A stretch of 64,000 bases of DNA from Oopsacas minuta (taxonomy: Eukaryota > Animalia > Porifera), in assembly GCA_024704765.1 (NCBI GenBank), contig JAKMXF010000302.1, positions 186,001-250,000 on the forward strand, given 5' to 3'. Positions within the stretch are counted from its first letter, which is position 1, and each line of letters starts with the position of its first letter. The notes under the pieces are model-generated. The model saw nothing but the letters and a program-made list of their open reading frames with translations. It made no database searches and was not told where the DNA came from. The position numbers and the translations under genes were made by a program. Below, piece by piece: positions 45,360 to 55,306 of this stretch.

Positions 45360-45722
45360 ATGGCCATCCCCTGTCCTCCTATTCCAACTATTGATATCGA
45401 TGAAGAAGGTAGATTCAAATACATACTGATAAGACTCAAAGATAAATCAACAAAAAAGTATAGATATATAGTACGCGGGTATAAATGGGCCTCATTCCAT
45501 GCAGCAATGATTGACGAACTTGAACCAACTCTTAAAAAAACAAATTTAGTCTGTGAGTGTGTAGGTGGAGGCAGAATCTTACATACACCAGATGAGAATA
45601 AGCTATTTGTCTACGGATACTCTGTCTGCTATGGAAGAGCTGATCATAATATTACAGTCTCTTTATTAAAGAAAAAATTCCCTGAATACACAAGTATTAC
45701 CTTTTCAAATGAAGGCTATTAG
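45360..45722 (+). CDS. PHPT1: 14 kDa phosphohistidine phosphatase (Janus/Ocnus family), copy 1
   Basis: IDIDEEGRFKYILI, IVRGYKWASFH, CECVGGGRI, YGYSVCYGRADH. The start is taken at the second ATG (45360), which matches copy 2. Confidence 0.93.
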   Translation: MAIPCPPIPTIDIDEEGRFKYILIRLKDKSTKKYRYIVRGYKWASFHAAMIDELEPTLKKTNLVCECVGGGRILHTPDENKLFVYGYSVCYGRADHNITVSLLKKKFPEYTSITFSNEGY

Positions 45723-45879
45723 TTTGTTTTTAATCAGAATTTCAATTTTCATATTACACTTATTTTTCAAGTATTGACCTTCTCATTTTCTTGCTTTTAT
45801 TTACACATAGGGTAACTACGTTACATATAATCCAAATGTTATTTGATAATCTAATTCGTATTAGAATTTATGGAAATAA

Positions 45880-46245
45880 ATGGCTACTAGCAGCTCCCCA
45901 ATAATTCCTAACATAGACATTGATGAAGACGGAACTTTCAAGTACATTCTTATTAAAATTCAAAACAAATCAAATCCTGAACCAAGGCTAATAGTGCGAG
46001 GCTACAAATGGGCTGAATTTCATGCAGATATATTTGAAAAGGTAAATGAAGAGTTAAGCAGTGCTGGTTATGATTGTGAGTGTATGGGAGGAGGAAGAAT
46101 AAAACACACCCCTGACGAGAAATCCCTCTTAGTGTATGGGTATTCTGTAAGCTATGGCCGAGCTGATCACAATAAAACTGTATCGTTACTGCAAGACAAG
46201 TATTCTCATTATAAGAGCATTACATTTTCGAATAAAGGATATTAG
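45880..46245 (+). CDS. PHPT1: 14 kDa phosphohistidine phosphatase, copy 2
   Basis: IDIDEDGTFKYILI, IVRGYKWAEFHADIF, CECMGGGRI, YGYSVSYGRADH, ITFSNKGY. Confidence 0.95.
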   Translation: MATSSSPIIPNIDIDEDGTFKYILIKIQNKSNPEPRLIVRGYKWAEFHADIFEKVNEELSSAGYDCECMGGGRIKHTPDEKSLLVYGYSVSYGRADHNKTVSLLQDKYSHYKSITFSNKGY

Positions 46246-46367
46246 CAGTGAAAATAGTTCGTGAATATTTGATGTGTAGATTTAATTAATAATAAACTTG
46301 TAAGACATTTCTTTGATAAGACAAACAAATACGAATTCTAATACATTCAATCTCTAGTGTTAGTTTT

Positions 46368-49300
46368 CTAAGCTAATTTATTATTCCTCGTGTGTCTAAC
46401 TTTCCTACCATTAACAGATCCCTTACTAGCTTTACGGAGAATAGCTTTTAGAGTTCCCTGTAGTTTCTTTTGCTTCCGTTTAATCCTGAGTTGACCTTTG
46501 TTTAAAGGGAAATATGCGTAAGGTGGTGGTTTATTTTTCCTCTTCATGTCTCCGCCAGCTTTCTTTGATATGTACTCCCTCCCGTCTGATAGTGGCTTGT
46601 GGAATTTAGATTTCTTAACTGAAGAACGTTTGCTGTAAACAGAACTAGCTCCTGCCGTAGTTGTGGATTTTATTTCTGTTTGTATACTCTCTGTTTCTGA
46701 AGCAGAATCCATGTCTATCTTTTCTCCTCTCTCATTGGTCACGATAAGTTTACCTTCCTCGTTAAAACTGAATGTTTCCTCTGAGATAGAAGCTTTCTCC
46801 TTCTTTTTCCTCTTCTTAGGATTAATGGTTAATATTCTATCAGAAGATTTAGGGTCCAAGAGATCGATGGGATCTCCAGTCTCATCCTCCTGTATCCACA
46901 TTTTAGACTTTTTAATTTGTTTTCCTTTTCCCTTTTCACTCTTTGTTTTTCTTGATTGCCTGTCTTCATCCATCTCTTCATCTGATAACATAATCTCATC
47001 ATATCCAGCTGGTACTAATCCTCTACTTACAACTGTAATTGAATCAGAATCTCTAATGGATTCTTCTACTCGTCTCTCCCTATTGGAGTCTCTCTGTCTC
47101 TTCCTCCTACTAGCAGACTTTCTCACATTCCTAAGGAGATCCTTCTGTGAGATCGGAAATGCTTCGCTTACATGCTCAAAATCAACTTTCCTCAACATTT
47201 TCTCAATGATTACTTTAACTTTTAAGAGAAATTTATTGTTCACATTCTTGTTCCACTTCAACATGCGTGCGACTAATATTTTGATATTTTCCATAACAAA
47301 ACCAATGCCCATTACTGATACAATTACATTCACAAAATACAGACAGTACTTGACTATCTGTTTGGATGTTGATTCAGAGAAAGTATATACAGCTTGTAAC
47401 AATTTTTCCACCATATCATTTGGTAAACTGAATCTGAATTCATGAACTAATTTGCCGAGACATAGAATTGTACAAGATTGCATATGTTCAGATCCAGCTA
47501 AGCCAGCTGTAATCTTTGCTATAAACGCCTCTAGCATTTCATGTTTATCTTCTCCACTATCTAATGCAAACTTACCGATTAGTAGCAAGATATTATATGA
47601 GATATTTCTAACTTCAATGTTTGTTTCTTTCATACTTAATATAACTTCAGGTAAGATTGAAGTAATAAATTTGCTATCATCGCATTCAATGATCTGCAAA
47701 ACTGAAAATATGCATTTGAGTCTATACTTGGTGCTGGTGGGATTCATGTTAGATGCAGAGTTTACAATTAGCCATTTAAAACTTTTAATATTACTCTTCA
47801 CGAATTTAAGCTGATCTTCTTTGCTCAGATTTAGCATACGTTCTAGAGCTAAATAACCTTTCTTCTGCAGAGAATGCCTGTCAGTTGTCAGATAATGTCC
47901 AGTCTGTTTTAGCGTCAATGCAAGTTGTGATATTTTGATATATGGTAGCATAGTGGAGCCTATATCAAGCAGAGCCGTTTTAGTCATATCTTCTGTATCA
48001 TCTGAGTTCAGCATTGTACCAATCTTATTGAAATAACCTTCAATTATGTCATTTGAAGAAATCTTTACGAAACTAGCTAAACAGCCTAGAATTATAGCTT
48101 TATTATGGTTCTTAGATTCCGTATCTACGTAGAGATTGAATAGGATAGGTAGATAGTTTTTAGAGTATTTCTTTACACAATCAATTGCTTGTTCGTTGTT
48201 TATATGATGCTCAATTAGTTGTCTTAATGCAGTCGCTATGTTGTTTCTTAGGTCAACTCGCTCTTGTAGCAAAGTACCGAGAAGGCGCGCTATCGAAGGG
48301 AACTCTTCTTCCACGTTAATTGCAGTCTTTAAGAAGCTGGGTAGTAAGTCCCAAATCTGGCTTTCGAGAGTTTCGCAGATTTTCGCGTTTACTTCTTCAC
48401 CTATTTGAGCCAATTGGGTGGCTCTTTGACGTAACCTTGTTGCCATAGGAATAAAAAACTCTTTGAAAAAACTAATTTCCTCATTCTTAATACAATTTTT
48501 CAGAAACGGTAACAACCAGCTATTACTCAAATCTACTTCATCTTCACTTAACATAATAGGTACACATTCAATGAACTTCTCTACTCCCATTACTTCTACT
48601 GCAACTGATAGAGCAAATTCTAAATGAGCACAGTGTGTAGTGATTTCAGGCCAGTTCTTAACAGTATTAGCCAGGAATATAACGTTATGTCGTAGCATAT
48701 CACTTGTATCTCTATCGAATATTCTAAATAATGCTGCTTGTATTTTCAGTATATGTGTGATAGAGTCTGGGTTACGAGCAATCAGTACTGTCTGAATTGC
48801 TTCGAGTACTTTAGAGAGGAAGGGTGACTTGTCTGTGATATCTAATTTCAATGAGCCTGCATTTTCAATCAAACATTTGTGTATTACAATATCTAGTGTA
48901 GTAACTATTCTGTTGAATATGAGAGCAGAATGACACAGTCTTAAATACTCAAAGCAGATCCCGAAGAGGTTAGGACAGATTGATTGAGCTTTACTTGCAT
49001 TGATATTCGACAGATGAGTGATACCAGCTTGAACTGTACCAAGCCAGGGTTCGATGAAATCCAACTCGTGAGGCTTGGGGTGTGTTTGAATTAACGCTTG
49101 CATTATCTGACAGTTTAATTCACTCGATAGACAAGATATGTGTGGAGTTTGTATTAGAAAAGTCTGCAAGATCTTAAGAGACAGGATATGTAGATGATGA
49201 CTCTTGGAAGTAGTACATTTGAGGATACATTCACATAAAACTTTTACATCTTGTAACGGGAAGATATGTAGAATAAACTTCAACAGGTTTAGGACATGGA

Positions 49301-50201
49301 ATACACTCTTTATTTGATCTTTTCGAGCATGTTTCTGGAATACTTCTTGAAAAAACTGTGTTGACATTTTCCAAATTGGATGAGCTAGCAAAGGTTCTCC
49401 AATATCTTCTTCTTGATTACTGACAAGTGCGCTCTGTGTTATGATGCATAAACCTTGATGTGCGACTCTTCTCACCTTTGGTTTGCTAGATATAGTCTGT
49501 TGTAGGATACGATAGAACATATTTTGAGTAAAAGATTCCTGCCAAGTAGTCAGAGGTTGTTTCGATAGAAGAGTAGATAAACACGATACAAGAGATCGCT
49601 GTAGAGAAGTCCCACTATCGTTACCCTCGAACTTGTCAAGTTTCGAAGATATCAATTTTGTAAGATGTGAATATTGTGCTTGTAGTACAGCTTCAGGTAC
49701 CTTGACTACAATTACACTGAGTAAGAAAGCTACAGAAGTAGCAGTAGTGACGTCATCAGCTGATTCAAACGCAGAGCAAAGAGCTGCAAAGTAATCTGTA
49801 TCTGATTCAGTACCACCGTTAGATTTTATGACGTCAGTAACAGCTGCTAACACAGCACATATATCTTGATGAGATTCCAATCTAGAACTCCATAGGTTCC
49901 CTAAGGTTGTGAAGCTTGTGTTAGTACAATGAGAGAAAGTACTGAGATTAGTTACACCGGAAAGACTTAGATTTTCTATCTCATTCACAATGTCATCATC
50001 GTTCTCATCTTGTTCGTGTAGCATCTGAAAATCAGCAATTGAAGATTTTACAGAGTTGATACTGTTATCTGGCAGGGATAATCCAGTTCTCGCTTCTCTG
50101 CGGTATTTGTGGGTCGCTGGGTTGGAATCGCTAGAATGACCTTTAGGCCATTTCTTCCTCTTTACGCTCCTACCATGTCTTACACGTATTTTACTCGGCA
50201 T
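46368..50201 (-). CDS. RRP12: RRP12-like ribosome biogenesis/export factor (HEAT, NUC173)
   Basis: KKWPKGHSSDSNP, ICAVLAAVTDVIKSNGGTESDTDYFAAL, SWLLPFLK, QIWDLLPSF, SKKAGGDMKRK and PYAYFPL; intronless, 1277 aa. Confidence 0.96.
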   Translation of the reverse strand: MPSKIRVRHGRSVKRKKWPKGHSSDSNPATHKYRREARTGLSLPDNSINSVKSSIADFQMLHEQDENDDDIVNEIENLSLSGVTNLSTFSHCTNTSFTTLGNLWSSRLESHQDICAVLAAVTDVIKSNGGTESDTDYFAALCSAFESADDVTTATSVAFLLSVIVVKVPEAVLQAQYSHLTKLISSKLDKFEGNDSGTSLQRSLVSCLSTLLSKQPLTTWQESFTQNMFYRILQQTISSKPKVRRVAHQGLCIITQSALVSNQEEDIGEPLLAHPIWKMSTQFFQEVFQKHARKDQIKSVFHVLNLLKFILHIFPLQDVKVLCECILKCTTSKSHHLHILSLKILQTFLIQTPHISCLSSELNCQIMQALIQTHPKPHELDFIEPWLGTVQAGITHLSNINASKAQSICPNLFGICFEYLRLCHSALIFNRIVTTLDIVIHKCLIENAGSLKLDITDKSPFLSKVLEAIQTVLIARNPDSITHILKIQAALFRIFDRDTSDMLRHNVIFLANTVKNWPEITTHCAHLEFALSVAVEVMGVEKFIECVPIMLSEDEVDLSNSWLLPFLKNCIKNEEISFFKEFFIPMATRLRQRATQLAQIGEEVNAKICETLESQIWDLLPSFLKTAINVEEEFPSIARLLGTLLQERVDLRNNIATALRQLIEHHINNEQAIDCVKKYSKNYLPILFNLYVDTESKNHNKAIILGCLASFVKISSNDIIEGYFNKIGTMLNSDDTEDMTKTALLDIGSTMLPYIKISQLALTLKQTGHYLTTDRHSLQKKGYLALERMLNLSKEDQLKFVKSNIKSFKWLIVNSASNMNPTSTKYRLKCIFSVLQIIECDDSKFITSILPEVILSMKETNIEVRNISYNILLLIGKFALDSGEDKHEMLEAFIAKITAGLAGSEHMQSCTILCLGKLVHEFRFSLPNDMVEKLLQAVYTFSESTSKQIVKYCLYFVNVIVSVMGIGFVMENIKILVARMLKWNKNVNNKFLLKVKVIIEKMLRKVDFEHVSEAFPISQKDLLRNVRKSASRRKRQRDSNRERRVEESIRDSDSITVVSRGLVPAGYDEIMLSDEEMDEDRQSRKTKSEKGKGKQIKKSKMWIQEDETGDPIDLLDPKSSDRILTINPKKRKKKEKASISEETFSFNEEGKLIVTNERGEKIDMDSASETESIQTEIKSTTTAGASSVYSKRSSVKKSKFHKPLSDGREYISKKAGGDMKRKNKPPPYAYFPLNKGQLRIKRKQKKLQGTLKAILRKASKGSVNGRKVRHTRNNKLA

Positions 50202-50241
50202 TATAATAAATCTAATTAAATTTATTTATAAGTTAGCTAAT

Positions 50242-53200
50242 ATGAATCAAGAGCCGTCAAATTCTCATGATTGTAACGATACACCAGCTGATGTAAGTTT
50301 ACCTCTTATAGTACAGGAAATTGGTCCTGATGATGACCTATCACCGAGTAACGAAGAAATAGAAAGATTATCCCAATCATTAGTGAACTACGCATCAAAG
50401 CACCAATTATCTCTACGTAACGTACGTAGTATAATAAAACAGCTGCTTACGGATCAGAGACTTATAATATTTGCACAACAACTAGCGGGGGATATTACAG
50501 AGGAATCTTTGAAGATATCAGAAACTAAAACTAGTTCTAAATTGACCCGCTCAAAAAGGAAGGAGCGATCTATTCAGCAAGACGTTACCGGGGAAGGGGG
50601 AGCTACAGCGCTGTTAGATCTTAGCTTTTCAGAAAGAGAAACTTCATCTGATGAGGAATATAATCCTCTGATAGACCTAACTAATAACGAAGAATCGAGA
50701 GATAAGAGTGAGCCACAAGATGACGTAAGCACCCCTTCTTCCCAATCCAGCATAGATCTATCTCCTGAACAAACATTCAATGACATAGACAGTGTATTTC
50801 AACCTCAGAACGACCTATACTATACACCATGTAGCAGCAATGAACAGACAATAGACCCAGACATCCAATCCATAACATATGACGTAAATTCATACAATGA
50901 TGAGATCAAGAGCTACTCAACCCGGTCAAGAGATAACTTGAGACAAAAGTCTCTGTTAGAATTAGAAGCAGATTTAATACAGCCAGATTTACGACCAGAA
51001 TCTCCTGAAGAGTTTTCAAACGGAGGAGACAGCGAGACTTGGAGGAACTGGTTAGCTTCTTTCTTCCTAGCAGACAACTCTGAGAGGAGTGGGAGTGACT
51101 CAGATGATGCAGACTACAACTTCCTACAAGATATCGATAAAGAGATTAATCTCACTGAGAAGAAAGAAGAGTTCAGATACGACTTTCAGGTCAGAATGTT
51201 CGTACGATTTTCTGTGTTCCTTAAAATTATATATTTTCTTAGGTAAGAGTTAGTCAGAGAGAAATACTAGAATTAGTGAACAGTTTAGTTGAGGAGGGTG
51301 GACCATGGGCATCTCTCCCTGATGCTAGTGAGGGGTGCGTTTCTGAGAACGAGTACAACTACAGAGTTGAGAGTGAGAGAGACAATAAACTAACCTTAGA
51401 AGTTTTGGAGAGTGGAGTAGAGCTGACTCCAGAACAAAAGGTATGAAAGTTACAAATTCAAAAGTATAAATATTACATGCTAACGATATGATATTTACAT
51501 TCACATTCCATAACACATGCAAAACTCAATTGGGAATAATACAATTCAGGTGTGGGGGTAATAAAATCACATAAAAGTTTCATGTTCCATACACTAGAAT
51601 ATCAGGAGCTGTAGCTTGTCCTCATGATCCTCAACCATCACTACCCTCCCCTTCCTGTCCACAGCAATACCTTTGGGGGTGCCGAATGAGGGACAAATAG
51701 CCTCACTTCTTTTGCCTGCCCAGTTGAATACTCTAAGCTCTTTCTCCTGTACATCACTCACTAGAATGTGCCCAATCGTGTCCAATGCTAGTGAAAATGG
51801 TTCTTTCAGTTTTATATTGTCAATATCGAATTTACGAATCACTTCTCCATCACGACTGAAACCTAGTACTCCTTTTATTCCGTCATCCAAGACAAAGAAC
51901 ACATCCGCCCACTGAGCAACCTTTAGATCAACTGGTTTAGTAATCTTTCCCTCCCCCAGGAGCCAGCCGAATTCGAATTCAGGGGTGTACACTATTATCC
52001 AGCGTTTAACTTGGTCCACTACAAACACATACCCGTCTTTCCACATGTCTAAGCCTATTGGGCATCTCATAGTATCTTTAGAACCAAATTTCGAAATAAA
52101 CTTGCCACTAAGCGAGAACACCTGTACATTACATTTGACCAGATCTGTAACTAGGACACGGTTATCCCTGCAACAGATGGCATGAGGCATTTGAAAATCT
52201 CCATCACTCTTCCTCTCTTTCCCCCAAGATTTGATATATCCCCCTTCAGTAGAGAACACATCAATACTCTTCGTTCCCTGATTAACTATCAAGATACCGT
52301 TCTCATCATCTATTGCTATTCCAGCTGCTATATGCTTGCCTTTATTAGCGAATAACATTGTCGGTTGATCAATTGTAAAATAATTCCTATTAATACCTAT
52401 TGAGCCGAAATTAACTAGTTCATTCATTACGTCATCATCTACCTTGAATACCAATGGCTCTGCTTCAGGTAATATTATATCATCAGCTGTAACAGAAGAT
52501 TCTAATGTACAACGGATCTGTTCATTTAATTTCTCGTTAATTCTAGCTAGAATATCCCGAGGTGATATCTCAACTGCCTTGCTAGCGAAATTAATATTAT
52601 GATACAACTTGAGTAGAATAGCTGCTACATTTTCAGAGGCTTTCTCTATTTCTTTTCTTCTAATATCATAATGATTGCTAAGTATTTCTGATAAGTACTT
52701 CTCCCGAAGATTTATCTTCTCTCTCAATTCTTGGTATTTCTCACGGATTTCTGACTTTAATTTCTGCTCTTCTGAATCTACATTTTCTATTTGGAATTCA
52801 AACTCTTGCATGAGATTACTCAATGCACTAGCTCTGCTCTGCATCTCTCCTATACTCTGCTTCATCCCATCGTGTTGGTCTTCACAGTAAGATATAGATA
52901 ACGTGTCGCCTCTGGATATGATGTTATGCTCACTCTGATCAGATAGCAATTGATGTGTTTGGATGTCTGCATTACAAAAATACTTCTTACATTGCTGGCA
53001 AAAATGTCCTGCACTATTCGGAGGCGTAACAATACAATTCGTACAGATTATATCATTCGAAAAGTCCATTTCACATTTGGTGATTTGGTAGAGATCTTCT
53101 CCTAACGAGTTATTGAACAACTTTGATATTCCGGTGTTAGGTATAGGAGTAGCATTGAAGCATACAGGACAGTGTATAGAGTTCTTTTGTAGAAATAGAT

Positions 53201-55016
53201 TAATGCATTTGTCGCATAGCGCATGGTAGCAAGCTAGTAGCTTAGTGTTAGGATCACTGTGACAATTGAGACAGCATACTAACTGTTTTACTTCTTCAAG
53301 ACTAATTTGTTCTTCGTTCCCGTTCTCTGCCATAAACCTATTTACAACCAATATATTCACTTACAGTATTTAAACTTTAGGCTAATGGTGTAATGAGATC
53401 CTAAATTGAATATTATTATGTAATCCTAGGTATCATATCAAGAATGCATGAGCCGGCTACAAGTACAGCTTCATCAACATATACAAATTCTATTTCAGAC
53501 ATATCTGCTAAGTATAAACGACCCCCAGCTACAAGATATCAACTCTTATACATGTCGTCTTATCCAAGACTTCTATAGCAATATTTCTACTGAGACACAG
53601 CTATTCCCAATTCCAGGATTAGATGAAGCAATGCAGTTAGTATACTCACCCCCTAAGATAGAATGGAAACACAGAAAAACTAAATTAATTCCTAACTCAG
53701 TTATAAGAATTATGCATGATTATAATATTTTCTGGACTTTTCCTAAACTTCTGCCTCATCAAATACTCATGCCATTAAAGAGATCAGATGACGAACAGAA
53801 AGGAAGAAAATTTGTTCTGGCTGAAGACTGTATGCTTGCATTCGGACTTTCCGTTTTTGGTTTAGTCGATGGGCTCATGAAAATTTGTAAATATGTGTTA
53901 CCGACGAAAACTCCTAAACAAATAATCTCTAGAATTAGAAATCTCTGTTCAAGTCGTTACGATACAAATGTTGTCAAACATTGGAAACAAACGAACGAAC
54001 TTAAAATCCCTTGGAAAGAACTTGAAGAGAGTCATACCAATACAATACCATTATGGGCAAAGCAGTGCTTGGATGAATACAAAAATACAGTCAAAACACA
54101 GCCCAGGAAGAGATCGAGAATTAAGAAAAAGGATGTTTCAAATTGTCAAGCAATCGAACTTTCCCCATCTTTCGTCAATACAATGTTACTCGAGTGTGAT
54201 TCAATTGGGAAAAACCTCTCTCAATGCCATAGACTTGCAATAATGAATATTATCTTTGACATTGACAAGTATCAGACAAGTGCTATTGACAGAAATACAT
54301 TCTATCGTAGATTGGCATCTGGCCTTTGGTGTTTTGTCACTACAGCATTGAGGAAAGATGAACACACTTACTACAAATTAATAGACAGGATAGAAGAGAA
54401 TTCAGATGGAAATATCAACAGGTTAGTGGAGCAGTTAACTACTGTACTAAAGTATCATCCAGCTCTATTATTTCTATTCCTGAAATTCCTTAAAACTCCA
54501 ACCCAGCAGAAAGAAGACCAAACAAGAGCTTTTCTAAAAGCTAAAACATTTATTGATAAAGTACGTGAAAAATTTAAATCAAATCCAGAGAAGGCACTTC
54601 TCGTTTTTAAAACGATTAATAATCTTAGTAAAGACAAACTCCCGAATCAGGAATTACAAAAAGTTATACGGGAAAGTCTAGCAAATTTAGAAGGTTCAGA
54701 TGAGATCTTTAATGAGTGTATTACTGAGAATTGTGAACTGAGCTCTGTCAGTGATGGAGAATACGAGGAAATATATTTTATTGAAAACTCTGCAGAACAA
54801 GATGAAGATAAATACGAATTTGAGGAAATATACTTAGAACCTCCAATTTGCAGTACCACTCAAAACATTGGATCTTCCTCCAAAAAGAGAAAAATCACAA
54901 AGACAAGCAACAAAAAGAAAATTGTAATTAAAAAGCCGAAAAAATGTAAATCTAACAAAAAACAGAATAAATGTAATCCCAATAAAAAGCAAAAACTTAC
55001 CATGTCTGATTCATAA
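50242..55016 (+). CDS. GON4L: GON-4-like protein (GON4L/YY1AP1 family), 3 exons; intron 2 hosts a TRIM gene
   Basis: Exons 50242-51189, 51243-51440 and ~53430-55016 (GT-AG, in frame, ~910 aa). KHQLSLRNVRSII, DDADYNFLQDID, RLQVQLHQHIQIL, FVLAEDCMLAFGL and LPTKTPKQIISRIRNL match human GON4L collinearly; PAH-like segments near the C-terminus. The exact exon 2/3 junction is not certain. Confidence 0.85.
51594..53333 (-). CDS. TRIM-NHL E3 ligase (RING, B-box, coiled coil, NHL); nested antisense in GON4L intron 2
   Basis: RING CLNC...CYHALCDKC...CPVC; B-box CTNC...CQQCKKYFCNAD...H...H; coiled coil; NHL repeats (PHAICC, PIGLD, PVDLK, PFSLAL, PKGIAV). ATG at 53333; the ORF-track start at 53360 is non-ATG. 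Confidence 0.9.
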   Translation of the reverse strand: MAENGNEEQISLEEVKQLVCCLNCHSDPNTKLLACYHALCDKCINLFLQKNSIHCPVCFNATPIPNTGISKLFNNSLGEDLYQITKCEMDFSNDIICTNCIVTPPNSAGHFCQQCKKYFCNADIQTHQLLSDQSEHNIISRGDTLSISYCEDQHDGMKQSIGEMQSRASALSNLMQEFEFQIENVDSEEQKLKSEIREKYQELREKINLREKYLSEILSNHYDIRRKEIEKASENVAAILLKLYHNINFASKAVEISPRDILARINEKLNEQIRCTLESSVTADDIILPEAEPLVFKVDDDVMNELVNFGSIGINRNYFTIDQPTMLFANKGKHIAAGIAIDDENGILIVNQGTKSIDVFSTEGGYIKSWGKERKSDGDFQMPHAICCRDNRVLVTDLVKCNVQVFSLSGKFISKFGSKDTMRCPIGLDMWKDGYVFVVDQVKRWIIVYTPEFEFGWLLGEGKITKPVDLKVAQWADVFFVLDDGIKGVLGFSRDGEVIRKFDIDNIKLKEPFSLALDTIGHILVSDVQEKELRVFNWAGKRSEAICPSFGTPKGIAVDRKGRVVMVEDHEDKLQLLIF

Positions 55017-55306
55017 TCACTTCTAACTTTGTGTAAATTGTTACAATAATATTCTATTATATTTTGCGCTGTTATAACTGTTATATATGTATGTAAGACT
55101 CAAATGTTATTGGAAGAAAACAATTGACTGACAAGTAACATATGGACAGTAATTATTTTAAAGTGTAAAGATGGCTTATATTTATAATTGATTAATTAAT
55201 AAAATGGAGGATATTTTTAGAACAAACTGGCTGAATAAAAGCAACACGCTAATAGCATAGACCATTACAATCCTAAGTAAATAATCACACACTTATACAC
55301 ACAGTT

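Noticed and set aside
46663-47814. Long plus-strand ORFs (260 aa and 120 aa) antisense to RRP12
   Set aside because: They are shadow ORFs of the Lys/Glu/Ser-rich RRP12 C-terminus (mirror Ser/Leu/Phe composition) with no independent motif. The many other short antisense ORFs in the track were rejected for the same reason.
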